Shown in pieces: positions 1 through 13,482 of a stretch of DNA of 64,000 nucleotides. The stretch spans positions 3,348,001-3,412,000 of the forward strand of contig NEEC01000004.1 of assembly GCA_002189035.1 (NCBI GenBank). Reading direction: 5' to 3'. Position 1 is the first letter of the stretch. Every line of letters starts with the position of its first letter. Under the pieces are notes generated by a model. That model worked only from the letters and a program-made list of their open reading frames with translations. It was not told the DNA's origin and did no database searches. This DNA comes from Utricularia gibba. Lineage: Eukaryota > Plantae > Magnoliophyta. Made by a program: the position numbers and the translations under genes.

Positions 1-1345
1 TGGTCCAGGAATCCACAGTGGCTCACCACTCTGTGCCATTCTGATTAGCTCTTCCATTGCTGCAACGGCTAACTCAATCATCATAGTCTTGTCAGCCTCC
101 GTTTGCCCTGATACCGACCGGAGAAGATCTGCAGCACCGTATCTTTCCGCGGTCAAGCCAGTTTGCTGTCTGAAATTGCCTACCCCAAAGTCAAGGGAAG
201 CATTTGCTCCAGCAGGAAGATGAGGATAAGATAGCATTGGCTTGCCAACACACTTCGCAGCAATTCCTGATATCCTATCAATCTGTGAATGAATCAATGA
301 TTTGTGATCAAAAACACCCTCGAAAATCATTCTATTCCATTCCATAGCCATTAATGAATCACACCTCTTCCCTCAAGTGACCGTTTTCGATCCTGAGATG
401 CTGCTCATCGAACGACATCTCACCAATGTTAGCTGGTCCTCCACAGTTAGGACAAGCAGCATTGGTTAATGCATCCTTGTACCGCATATTCTCAGCTAGA
501 AGCTTCTCATTCTCCATCCTCAGTTGCGAATTCTCGTGACGTTCATGTTGAGCCTGGATGTGTTTCATTCAAACCACCATTAGCAGAAACTCAAATGCAA
601 AGGTAATCCACTGCGCATAAATTGCTCAAGGGCACAAACCAACTAATAAAAGAAATGTCACCTTCATTTGTGTACGTTTATTCTGAAACCAAAACTTGAT
701 TTGCAGAGGCTCCAGTCCTAACCTCCGACCGAGATCCTTTCTTTGCTTGTCATCAGGATGAGGACACTCGTTGAAGAACCTGACCCAGCACATAAAAAAA
801 CCCAAAACTACACTTAACTATGACTTCATTTCATCAAAAAAGCAACCATAGCTCCTAACCTTGCTTTGTTAGCGCACCGTTTTACGTGTTTTTAGGATAC
901 ATTTCACTTCATATTATGTGGAACCCCATAGCAAACCCTCATAAGCAAAAGTAAGCATATTTTTCATTATCATAACTAGCAAAAACCCCAGTACAGAACA
1001 TTCTGCATCACGAATTTACTATTACTGCATTCCACCATCAAATTAGCATATTTTTTCCACTCATTAAAACCAAGAATCCGATGTTTACAATGGCTTCATT
1101 TTGGTGAGCAAAACAAATCAAACTTACGCTTCCATTTCTTGGATCTGATGCTGAGTGTGCCGATGATAACGCTTCTTCTTGCTCGGCCGATGATTTGGAT
1201 CTTTACCATCTTCGCCATCCATGATATCCGTACCTGATTTGCTCTCATACTCATCGTCTCCCGTTATCAAATCCAAATCATTCTCTGGAGCTTTATGGAG
1301 CTGTTTGTGGCTGCTTAGACTATCAAATATGCTCGGCTGAAACAT
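1..1345 (-). CDS. HD-ZIP class IV homeobox-leucine zipper START protein (ATML1/PDF2-like); C-terminal part lies left of the window
   Basis: Exons 1345-1128, 779-662, 553-365 and 282-<1 join in frame at GT-AG sites. They give [32 protein letters not shown]...[10 protein letters not shown] (homeodomain), CPNCGG (zipper-loop-zipper) and [15 protein letters not shown] (START entry). Confidence 0.95.
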
Positions 1346-3549
1346 TCCCCCCGCAGACGCCACTGAAAAAACAAAAGATACTTCGGTAAGCCAAAAGGCT
1401 ACATTTTTTATTTCTTGAGTGAAACTGTAAAAAGCTGCTAACTTTGAGCTCGAGATCTTATTCGGATATGTGGTAACTTTTTTTTCAATTAACCCTAGTG
1501 GTAAAAAGTGTTAAAAAAGAAAGGGCTTTGGCTTAGGGAGCATTCAAATATACAAACAGCAGAGTAGGTTTACCGAAATTTTTAAAAAAAATTGTGCGCC
1601 TATACACGTGCTTGAAACTTGAAAGGGAGCTCACTCACCGGAGGAAGGCCGATGCATTAGTTGGCGGGATAGCTTCTCCGGTCGCTCGGAAAGTTCAACG
1701 ATATTGATATATCTAAAGACCTACTTGGGTTTTGAACGATGAGAAGATTCCTTGTATCTGCTTTTTTCTTCCCCACTTTTTGTTTTCATATGCGGTTTCA
1801 AAGTGCAAAAAAAAAAAAAAAAAAGAGAATTCACTATCTTGCGCCCAAAAGACTAGAAGGAGAAAACAAACGCTTTGACATTACTCAAAAAGCCTGCTCG
1901 TTCTTCACTACCCACAAGTGAAAGCTGCCCAATCCACACAAAGAAACAAAACATAAAACCACCCGCAGAAACCCTAACGGATCATCATCAGAAGATCAGG
2001 GTTTTGGGATTCAGATGTGGACAAAAATGGCGGATGTGTTGCGAGAAATGGAGAAAAATTCGTCGAAGAAGGGTGGTGATGTTAGAAGTCGCAGTAGAGG
2101 TGGAGTTTTTGCAGACGATGGAAAAGCATTAATGGCGAGTGGGGAAGGGGGAGGTGGCGCTGTTTATTTACTGCTGCAACCGCAAATGCAATGGAAACGG
2201 CATGGGGTTGGCACCTGGTGTTTAATTCCTCGGCGGGCTGCATCCATTCCTTTCAAAAACTCAAGGGAACGAATCATTAATGTTATTTGCATTATACAGA
2301 GAATCAAAAGATGTGGTTACATCATAAATCATGGTGCGTAGAGGATCGGGGGGATATACCTGCTGTATCTGTCAGATCGGGATCATTAATTACCTATATA
2401 CATGCATGAATCAATGAGTCTATGTTTAACCACTCTTTGTGTCAAATGTTCTTCTCAGGATTCATGTCTTTGATGCCTTGTGTAGCATGCCTCCAAAAGG
2501 GAAAAACTTAACAATATGTAAACCGTGCGCTCGTAGAACTGAAATTCAGGTTACCCAGGCCACAAGGAATGTTTACTGTGCTTTAATTTGGTTTTAGTTC
2601 GAAGTCCAACATATCCGATAGCCTTCCAGGCCTGTGGTTACACTTCCATCCAGCTCCAAAAGATGAGTAAATACTGTTTTACTTTTGAAAGATGTCATAT
2701 GAAAATAATTGCAAGTTCTTAGTTCACTCAATTGACTCGTCAAACCTGTCCACAGGGTTTGAATTCACTTCCTTTTAAAAATGCCCTACTTTGAAGTATT
2801 TTTTTGGTTAGGAATTGACACCAAAGTGTGAGACCCAACACACAAGAGATATTGTGAAAACTTTGATGGTAAAAATGTAAAATCAATGATGCAAAAAAAG
2901 TGTAAGTTCTCCAACCCATAGTTTATTCAACAAAAAACAATTAGTTGAATAACATATATTTGAAAAATATTTGTCAAATATCATTTTTATGAATTTTTTT
3001 AATTAATTTCATTCATATCTTATATCTATATATGCATCATAATTTTGTTTATTTTAAAACTAACAATTAAAAAATATTTATTAAATTTTCACATTTTTTA
3101 AAATAAATAAATACACATAAAATTCAACATATTATATATACAAAAATATATATTAGAGAAAGTAAAATCATCTATATTAATTATTTATATTTAATGTTAA
3201 AGTATTCTTGTTATAACATTAAGGATAATTTTGTAATTAATTTTTTTAATTATAATTGAAGTAATGAATTGATATCTAATGGCATTTATACTTTTTTAAA
3301 TTAATTTTTATTCAAACTACTTTAATACTGTGCATTCTATTTAAATAAATTTTAAAACAAAAAATATAAAAAATTTTATTCAAAGAGCATAGTTTTTCTT
3401 TTTTACATTCCAAATTTCAATTATATCTTAATATGTTGGCCAAACTTCTTGTTATATTTATTAATTTTGATTTAATAATATTGATCATAGGAACGAAATC
3501 ATCACACATTCTAATTTCGATCATGGATAATGTTTTTGAAAAATCTTTT

Positions 3550-4560
3550 AATTTTTGACTTAGGTTGTCTCCGAAGCTATGAAGTAGGGAAGGATGTCAT
3601 ACCACATGACATTGACCCATCTATGGATATCACATTGTGAAATGAATGCCTCACCCCTTCTAGTTCCACATTATTCAGCTTGTATGTTCAAGTCATGTGG
3701 ATAGTAAGAGCAATGTCATAGTACTTGAGTTGATTGTATTTTTCCCTTTCTTCCTAATCCTATGAGTCATAGTTCTGGTTCTCCCGTAGATGGTCTTTTC
3801 TTGATCCACAAACTTCAAAATCCATTACCTCATGCATTTGAGTTGTCTTTTCATGGCCAGCACGATGTCATTCACCTCGTCTGTTAGGGTCTAGAGTTAA
3901 CAAGAATGGGGCATCATCCCATATTAACTTATCCCAAAGGGAATGGAATTTATTGGAGTTGGAAGTAACTAGAATCTTACCAGAATAAAATATATCAATG
4001 AATTTTCAAGTATTTATGGAGAAACTATGGCATACCTACACAATATAAGATTAATTAATCATATATTTTTAAAATTAAATATAGTGATAAATGTTACGGT
4101 TGAGCATGGGAGCACAGAACTCTTATATTTTACTAGAACTTACAAATGCATGTTTGATGCGAGATGTGAACAGGGTGGACTTGTTTTGAGTTGAGCCTAT
4201 TTCAATAACAAATGTTGTCATCATTTGTATGTTATACTCTTCAACCATAACATGATGAAGGTTTTTTATTTCAATTGAAATAGCTCTTCACCTTTTTCTA
4301 CTCATGGTCGCCTTTTAGTTTCAATAGTTTTAACCATTTTGCAACGATCCTAGAAAAAATTCTTTCCACTTCATTCCTTATGACCTTCATAAGGAATACG
4401 AGATAGTCAACTTTCAAAAATCATGAGGGTGAAGTATGAACCTTCACAGTCGTAGTTGGACATAGGTGCCGAATTTCATGAAACACTCCATTTATTGACT
4501 TAAGATGATTCTTTGTCATGATCTCATACCTATTTATTGAGACATAAATGATATTCAATA
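3550..4560 (-). mobile_element. Highly decayed Ty3/gypsy (probably Tat-clade) RNaseH-integrase relic
   Basis: Broken minus-strand frames give TVKVHTS...RIVAKW, EVMDFEVCGS, RTMTHRIRK and a W..(W)GMDIL..IASGQ-like stretch, in the order expected for pol. Many stops and frameshifts; recognised by eye only. Confidence 0.35.
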
Positions 4561-4815
4561 TGTGGTATAATAAAAAGGATAATTACCTTATACTAACATT
4601 GTATGAATGTCCACATATCCGAAGTAATATTCATCAAGTATTTATAGCACATCAAGATTCGCTCGATAGATTACATCCATCAAATATTCAAATTTTTCTA
4701 CACATACAGCCATAAACCCTAATATATACAGCTCAAACCAATCCATGCAAATGTTTACTCCTATTATGTAGTAAACAGTTGGATCTTCAATGTTAAAGTC
4801 AAAGACAATGGTATT

Positions 4816-5412
4816 TGTTAAGTGTCATTTTTTAGTTATATATTAGGTATTATTATGTATTAATCTAGTGTTAAGTTGCCCAATTTAAGATTTATATTGA
4901 TAAATATTGTATTTCCTTAGAAAAATCATATTTTCCTATTTTCTATATATTTTCTCTCTTTTTTCAGGCTCTTTGACCGAGACATGTCAGGAGACTGTCA
5001 TGGAGTGTTGCAGGAGTATTGCAGGAGGTCAGACTCTGACTTTTCATGCCTTGTATGCGACTTGGAACGATTGTTGGCGGAAGACTGACACTAATCAAAG
5101 CCCCTGACTTACGGCTGTCAGAGTCTGCAGCAATGATTGGGCGCTAACTTGCACGTAAAAGAAAGCTGCTGGCGCACACAAGATAGAAAGGGACCTAAAG
5201 TATATAAAAGCCACTTGGAGCACTTAGTTTCGAACTTTTGAACCTTTGTTTTAGTACTTAGAACTTTTGAGTTCTTCCTCCCCTTAAGAAGGAACAACAT
5301 TTCGTTTATGTTTTCATGGCCCTTTCGGGCTAAAACCCTTTAGTTTTTGGGAGAAGATGAAGTTTCCTTCTAAATCTTGAGTACTACACTTTGTTCTTCG
5401 CTGAATTCAATT
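4816..5412 (+). repeat. 5' LTR of element A, truncated (3' half and PBS deleted)
   Basis: Aligns with 14368-~15013. Similarity stops after GCTGAATTCAATTC and the sequence runs directly into the gag N-terminal region; no TGG-type PBS is visible. Confidence 0.85.
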
Positions 5413-5537
5413 CATTAAAGGGTCACCGAAGCTTGAGGTTGTATCGAGACATCTTCTGCTCCTTAGATCTGGAGATTGAGTGCACATTTCTGGCGAAAAA
5501 GAGAGAATTGATTTCCAGTTCATCTACTGACGAAGAA

Positions 5538-8500
5538 ATGGCTGCTCAACCACCTACTGGAGTCTCCACAATGCAAGGAGAACAACACCAACAACATCCT
5601 CAATTTTTTCCAGTTCTACCGATCACTAATCATGGCCCAGCACTAAAGACCATTAAAGAAGAAATCACTGCCAAACATGCTTACCAACCACTTTGTATCA
5701 TCTTTGACGTGGAAGAGGACTTTGAGCTTTGCCCATATCTATTTCAGACACTTCCCAAGTTCGCTGGGAGAGAGAATGACGACCCAAACTATCATCTTAG
5801 AAAGTTGCACACGGCTTGTGCATCCATGCGCTCAAAAGGTGCAACGGAGAACCAAGTCAAGTTGCGGGTCTTCCCTTTCAGTCTCACTGAGCGAGCCTTG
5901 GAGTGGCTATATGGACTACCACCTTCCTCTATTGCAACTTGGGAGCAAATGGTTCAGAAGTTTCTTGATCGATATGTGCCCCTAGGGAGAGCCTCCGTGG
6001 GAAGAAGAGCTTTAGCCACCATGCTACAAAGTGAAGGTAAGAATTTACGGGAGTATTATGACAGATTCAATCAAATCTGTAACACTTATCCACAGCATGG
6101 ACTTGCTGAAGGCCAAATCTTGCAACATTTTTATGAAGGAATGACCCCCATGATCAGAGGACAAATGGATGCCGCTTGTAATGGGTCATTACTAGATAAC
6201 TGCCATAGCGCTGATGCCCGAAGATTGATAGAACAAATGGCTGCTAACTCATATTCTACTTCCAGTCGTTATGACTACTCATACCGAGCACCTGGAGGAA
6301 TTTCTCAGCCTGTTAAATCAGTGCACAAAGTGGATAATTTTGAAGTTTTAGCTCAACTTGATGCTGTAAGTGACACCTTGAAGCTTGGCTTCCAATCACT
6401 TCTTCAACAACGAGGAATGTACCAAAGATCTTCAACCTCTCATCTTTATGATCCAAGACCTATAATACACGAGATGCCAGTAGAAGAGGTGAACGCATTC
6501 TACCAGAACCCAGGAGGAGTTTACAACTATGGAAACTACCAAATGCCGAGAAGAGATCATCCCGGTTTCCGCTGGAGACAACCAGTACCTCCTGGTCAAG
6601 CCCCATCACTAGGGAACCCTTCTGCTGTTTCTCAGAAAACTCTCACTGCTCCGCCTCAACCTTTACAAATCACTAGAGTTTCAGATCAACCTCTTGTTCC
6701 TTATCAGCCAAATCATAATCTGGAGTCCATGATGAAGTCTCTTACCGAGAGCACCACCAAGATGCATGCCGCACAAAAAGGCATGAATGGACGAATTACC
6801 AGTTGGTGCAAGCCATGAACCGACTGGAGATGCAAGGAGCATTGCCATCCCAACCAATGAAGAACCCAAAGCATATCAATGTCATATCTTTAAGAAGTGG
6901 GAAGGATCTACCGGAACCTTACCCATGGTTCATGACTAAGGTGGACAGATTTGAAGAAAAAGAACTTGAAGTCTTGGACGACGATAATGACTGGATGAGG
7001 AGATTATTTTAGAGCATTCTGATGATTCTCCAGTCCATAACACTGTTGTATTGACGCCAACTGAAGAAGTGAAGGAGAAGGAGACACAAGAAGTGGATCA
7101 TCCCAAGTCTCTAGTCATTCCTCCTCCTTTTCCTATGAGACTTCGCAGAAAAAACAAGGACAAACGTGGACTAAAAGCATTCATGGAGGTGATGAAGAAG
7201 GTGAACATGAATATTCCCTTGCTGGACATGATTGATCAAGTACCGAAATATGCGAAAATGTTAAAGAATTTGTGCGACCCCAAGAAGACGGCAAAAGTGG
7301 AAGAGGTAATTCCTTTAACTGAAAATATTTCAGCAATTATTCAAAGAAGGCTTCCACGAAAATGTAAGGATCCAGTTATGTTTTCCATACCTGTTATTAT
7401 TGGTGATACCAAAATTTCTATTGCCATGTATGATTTAGGAGCATCGGTTAATGTTATGCCTAGGTCTCTTTATCTTTCTCTTGCATCTAAATTAGGTAAA
7501 CTTGAACCTACTAGTTTTGTTTGTCAATTAGTTGATAGATCACTTGTGAAGCCTGATGGTAGAGTTGATGATGTGTTTGTACATGTTAAAGATTTGATTT
7601 TTCCTGCTGACATTTTAGTTATTCTCATGGAGAGTGAAAATCCCATGATTTCGGAGTCCATCATTTTGGGATGAACGTTTATGGCTACTGCAGGCACCAA
7701 AGTTGACGTCCAAGCCGGCACAATTTCCCTACAATTCGATGGATAGGTGCTAGACTTTAGCCTGGACAAAGCCATGTAATATCCGGACTAGATTAACGAG
7801 ATTTGCTCAATATCTACATTTGATGCAGATGTAGAACACTTAGCGATGGTCCATGAGCAAGATCCCTTGCTCAAATGCCGTACTGAAAACTTAGATTTTG
7901 ATCGTATTTCTTTTTCTAATTTTGAACTTTTAGGTTATCTTGATTATTTTCTTGAAAAACCTGAATTTTCTGACGTTGCTTTTCTGAGTTTAGAAATACC
8001 TGAGAAATTGTTAATTCCTTCTATTATTCATGCCCCATTATTAGAGTAAAAAACTCTGCCTGAGCATTTGAAATATTTATTTGTGGGCAAAAATGAGACT
8101 TTACCTGTTATTATCTCTAGTACACTAACCTTGGAATAGGAGGAAAAACTCAAAAGTGTGCTCCATGAGCACCAACAGGCACCTGGGTGGACATTGGCAG
8201 ATATCAAAGGCATAAACTCCTCCATATGCACTCAATGGATTTATTTGGAGGAGGGAACAAAGCCGATTCGTCAACCCCAAAGGAGATTGAACCCTCCTAT
8301 GATTGAAGTGGTCAAGAAGGAGATTCTGAAGTTATTGGCCGTAGGTATAATCTATTCTATTTCTGATAGTGAGTGGGTTAGCTCTGTGCAGGTTGTCCTG
8401 AAGAAAACAGGTATCACAGTCATGGCCAATGACAAAGGGGAACTCCTGCCTACCAGAGAGCAAAATGGCTGGTGAATGTGCGTAGATTACCGAAAACTGA

Positions 8501-10231
8501 ACACAGCCACTAAGAAAGACTACTACCCACTTCCATTCATCGACCATATGTTGGAAAGACTTGCTGGAAGGAGCCATTATTGCTGCTTGGATACTCCAGT
8601 TTCCATCAAATACCCGTGGCCCTTGAGGATCAATCTAAGGTTGTTTTCGTTTGCCCTTTTGGAACTTTCGCTTACCATAAAATGCCTTTTGGACTTTGCA
8701 ATGCACCAGCAACATTTCAGAGATGCATGGTTAGTATTTTTTCTGAATATGTTGAGAATATTATTGAGGTTTTTATTGATGACTTTACGGTTTATGGGAA
8801 TAGTTTTGATGAATGCCTTGGTAATTTATCATTGATTTTGAAGCGTTGTGTTGAGACTAACCTTGTTTTGAATTATGATAAATGTCATTTCATGGTAGAA
8901 CAAGGTATCATTTTAGGACATGTTGTTTCCCAAAAATGAATTGAAGTTGAGAAGGCCAAGATTGAGATAATCCAAAAATTACCTTATACCACTTGTGTGA
9001 GAGATGCACATTATTTCCTTGGACATGCTGGTTTTTATCGTAGGTTTATTCAAGATTTCTCGAAAATTGCGTCTCCTCTATGTGCCTTATTGCATAAGGA
9101 TGTTGAGTTTCATTTTGATGAAAAATGTATGCACGCTTTTGATGTTTTGAAAGAGAAGCTTGTTTCAACTCTCATTATTCAGGCTCCAAATTGGAGTCTA
9201 CCCTTTGAACTAATATGTGATGTAAGTGATGTAGCTCTAGGTGCGGTTTCAGGACAAAATGTGGAGAAACAATCTCACGTTATTTACTATGCAACCAAGT
9301 GCCTTGATGATGCCCAAAAGAGCTACACTACTACAGAAAAGGAGCTGCTGGCCATTGTATTTGCCTTGGAGAAATTTTGATTTTATTTGCTAGGAGCCAA
9401 AGTCATAGTCTATTCGGGCCATGCTACATTGAGATACCTCCTCCTCAAAGAGGTTAAAATTTAGGATACAAAGATCAAATGGCTCTTCAACCCATTATCA
9501 TGTGTGAGATCTTTGATGTATGGGGCATTGACTTCATGGGATCATTTCCCTCTTCTCAAGGGAAGCTCTACATCCTTCTTGGTGTTGATTATGTTTCTAA
9601 ATGAATGGAAACCATTGCTTGTGAAAGGGATGATGCCAAAACCGTGGGTAATTTCTTGACTAACATTTTATTTCCTAGGTTTGGACATCCCAAGATTATC
9701 ATTTCAGATCGTGACACCCATTTTGTGAATCATGCCATCAAGAGTGCTCTTGCTAAATACGGAGTCAACCACCATCTATCCACAACTAGACATCCTCAAA
9801 CCAATGTAATGGCGGAAGTATCAAATAGGGAAGTGAAAAGGATCTTGGAGCGTACCATTAACCCAAATAGGCGAGATTGGAGCTTAAGGCTCAATGATGC
9901 ACTATGAGCATACCGTGCGGCTTACAAGAATCCTATAGGAATGTCTCCATACTGAATGATCTATGGTAAGGCATGTCATCTACCCTTTGAATTACATCAC
10001 AAGGCATACTGGGCTGTCAAGTCATGCAACCTGACTAGTGACCAAGTTGGAGAGAGAAGACTTTTAGACCTAAATGAGCTGGAGGAAATTCGCCTCAATG
10101 CCTACACTAACCAACTCTTACACAAGGAAAAGGTTAAACACTTCCATAATAGTAAGTTGCATGGGAAGCAATTTTTAGTAGGTCAAAAAGTTCGCTTATT
10201 TGATACTACTTTAAAACTCTTTCCCGGTTAA
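5538..10231 (+). pseudogene. gag-pol of element A (gag frame open, pol fragmented)
   Basis: Retrotransposon gag (LPKFAGRENDDP, FPFSLTERA), protease (YDLGASVN), RT (CVDYRKLN, FGLCNAPATFQR, FIDDF), RNaseH (CDVSDVALG, EKELLAIVFALEKF) and integrase (WGIDFMG, HPQTN). The RNaseH end and integrase zinc-binding region are missing near 9450. Confidence 0.92.
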
Positions 10232-10624
10232 TTGCATTCTAAATGGCTTGGACCTTATGAAATTGTGAATGTTTTTCCCTCTGATGCTGTTATTATTCGT
10301 TCATTTGAGACAGGGAAAAGCATTAAGGTGGATGGACATCGACCGAAGCCATTTTATGAGAATTTTCAGCCGCATAGTGTGTGTAGCTTACTTCTAGTCG
10401 AGGCTCATTGACAGGTGTCACAGTCGGCCAAAGACTGTAAATTGGCGATGCATGGAAGGCAACCCATGACTTTAATTTCGTAACCGTTACTCTTTCCTCG
10501 TTTATATCACCCACTACTCCAAGTTACTTTATTTTCACCTGCCCCACGTACCCACTTACTCCTTTAACCGTTTCTACACTCAACCTCCCTCTTATCTTTT
10601 GGAATTCCCATTTTATTAACCGTT

Positions 10625-11794
10625 TAATAAACGAAAAATTTACACGTCGTAAATGTAAATCTTCCTATCGAATAAATTTATAACCTAATACGCATTCTAG
10701 CATAAAACAATTATGAGCATAGTGATTAGGATCAAGCACGAAGAGCAGGTGCTTGCTATGTGAAAGTTAATGCATGAAATCAGTGTCATGTTGGTAAAAT
10801 TGGTCTTAGCTAGAATTAAGGCAAAACTAAAATGAAATACAGTAAAGAAAAGTAATAAGTTCTAGAACTCGGTTGTTTCTAGAGTGAAATGGGTGATGCC
10901 TTGAGACTCTTAGGAGATGCATGCTTATCACTAAACAAACTCACACAAACCACAAATCATACAACTAACTCACAAGGTCTAAGTCTACCCGAACTGTTGT
11001 TTTTCCCCCTAATCTTTGGTCTACCTCTAATTAGGGTTGTTAAGTTGGGTTTCACTACTTCCCCCTCCTGAATCTATCCTGGTTTGTTAAGGAAGTGACG
11101 TAATTTATGGTTGATTAGGTCTAAGGATGGATTAGCATGATTCTCCCCTTTTTATCCCAAGGCACCCCCCTGGGCGCTTAGCCACTCATGCCTAACACAA
11201 ACGAAAATAGAAGAGAAAACATCATCCACAATATACTCATGTCTCAGTTGACTACCAGAAAATAAACAAGCAGGAAACTTAAAAGTTCAACAGAAAGCGG
11301 GAAATCATTACTAGCTAATCTTAGCTAGGAGTAATAATCCTTGGAAAACAAAAAATAATCTTCAAGCATGAGCTTAGTTCCTGTTCATCTTCATTCTTCT
11401 TCCTCCCCAGAAAACCTTCTCCAAAAAGCCGTTCGTGAGTCTCCAAGGGGAGATCTGCCTTCTCTCTCCATCTTTTTCCCCCTTTTTGTCCAAAATCTCC
11501 CTTTTTCCTCCTTGGATTTTGTATGTACTACTTTTCAGACTTTGGGACTCATCTTCTGCCACTACACTGTGCATATTCGACTCCTTGAGATTTGTGTTGC
11601 GACCTATACTGCATTGCTCAAAGAAGACTATTAGAGGATTGGGACTAAATCATAGAATTAGTCCCAACTAAGACTAAAATAACATAACTACGGTACTTTG
11701 AGCAAAAATATACAACTTGGCAGTAAAATCTGATTTTTGTAGCGCAATATGAGTAATTTCCATGCACTCAATCACTCAAAAATATGTGTTATCA
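10625..11794 (-). mobile_element. Solo LTR of family B nested in element A
   Basis: Reverse complement of the element B LTRs. On + it reads TAATAAACGAAAAATT...TATGTGTTATCA, flanked by TSD CCGTT (10620-10624, 11795-11799). Confidence 0.92.
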
Positions 11795-11873
11795 CCGTTA
11801 CCCACTTCGCTGTTGTGACCTACGTTTCAATTCCTCTCCCTCACATCTCCGATTCTCCGAATTTTCTGCTCAC

Positions 11874-13482
11874 GATGTATGGACGCCCCACATCTCCGGT
11901 TACTCGAAGCGCAAGTGCTGCTAAGGCAGCAACTCGGAAGCACCAACCTGCTGCTACTGGACCATCCCGAAGGACCCAGTGTCGCAGCACCAACACCCCA
12001 ACAGAAGCTTCTGTTCCCACTGAGCATGAGCATCTCTAGTGCTTCGGTACCCAGCCCCTGCTGCTGCTGCTGACGAGCCGGAATATTCAATGCCGAATCC
12101 CTCGCAGCAATTTCTGGTCTCGAGAGCCCGCAGCCCACACAACCGGAAGAAATTGCTAGAGAAGAAGGTCAGGCAAAAGAAATTCCTATTATTCACTCAT
12201 CCCCTTCTCCAGTACAGGAAGAAGCTTCCCCTGAAGAGATCACCGTTGATGAGGAGGTGGATCTCTGGATTTCTGAAATGGAGCATGCCGCTAATGAAAG
12301 GCCATGCCTACAGTTCCTTCCCGGAGAACAAGATGTAGATGAGGCCACTCAGCCCACACAACGAGGTAAAGGGCAGCACGATCGCACAAAATTCTGGCGA
12401 GACCGAGCATTGGAGTCCCCTGCCTGGACTTAACTGAAAAATATCGTGAGGTTTTTAGATAAGAATGCCCAACTTTTATTTAATCTCCTCACCTCTCGCC
12501 GAATTTTGTTTGATTTCAAATTGCATACGCCTACTTTAGTGCATCTGAACTTACTTGCTGATATTAACCGTTTATTTCATGCTTCCTCTGAGTGGCGTAG
12601 ATTTTCTGAAATTAGCTTATCGGTTTATCCCAAACTTGTTTTCGAATTTTAAACTAGTTTTGAGCTATGGATGTGGCTAGTAATCCCCTTGCTGAGGATT
12701 TGATTTCTTTTCGCCTTGGTGGTAAAAATTTTTGCATGTCTATAAATGATTTTAATGTGGCTTTAGGCTTGGTTTCTGAATATGATTTAGCCACTACTCG
12801 TTACCTCCAAGCATTTTGTGATTATCCTAAGCATTTTAATGTGCTGAATGCCTATGCTTCCATGTCTGTCTATGAGCCCCCATATTCTGTACACAAACTC
12901 AAGGCCCATTACTTGAGGGCCCTTGCTCTTTTAGTGTTGAACAGGTATTTGGGAGGCTGTTACACTGCAACCCGACAAGGCACCAGCATCATTGCCAATG
13001 TGATCGTGTTTTTTCTGTGAGCGATGATGAAGAAGCTCCCCATCAATTTGAGATGGTGGATTGTCACTCAAATGCATTCCATCACTGCCAAGAATGAGAG
13101 GGTGCTCCCCTTTGCTTCCCTCATCATAAAGCTCACCCAACATCTCAAAGTGAACCTTGACAAACAGACCCCTCAGATAGATAATCATTTCCGTTATCTA
13201 GATTTGGATGACTTGTTTTCTTGCAACTACTTAAAGGAGATTGAGGGGAAGACTGTTTTTGTACAAGTGGGTACCAAAAGTACCATTACTTCCATGCCTC
13301 CCTTCATTAGGAACTCATATGGTGCGCCAACTGACATTCCTCTAAGCACTGCACCTTCAAGCCCCACCAAGCACACCCTGTTGCTAGCTATTCAGAGTCT
13401 CCAAGAACAAGTTTCTGCACTTTCAACGAAACTGGACACTCTCACAGCTACTGCTTCACACACCCGCATGCCCCATGACTAA
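11874..13482 (+). pseudogene. Athila env-like additional ORF of element A (disrupted)
   Basis: Located after integrase. Contains YPKLVFEF and ISFRLGGKNFCMSINDFNVALG, similar to SYVELMYEF and ITYKLVGKNFSLSIAEWNVALG in element B. Several stops and frameshifts. Confidence 0.75.

Noticed and set aside
2127-2192. TTAATGG and CAAATGCA resembling the WUS-site and L1 box of ATML1/PDF2 promoters
   Set aside because: The L1 box (TAAATGYA) has a mismatch and such short words occur by chance; needs orthologue alignment.
2015-2341. 108-aa ORF on + (and overlapping 1739-2132 ORFs) upstream of the HD-ZIP gene
   Set aside because: Antisense to the GA/CT-rich leader-promoter; no recognisable domain; explained by base composition.
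11368-11671. Recurring short ORFs such as MSLQGEIC... (also at 24500, 30547, 60552)
   Set aside because: They lie on the pyrimidine-rich antisense strand of the same LTR; recurrence reflects LTR homology, and frames and lengths are not conserved.
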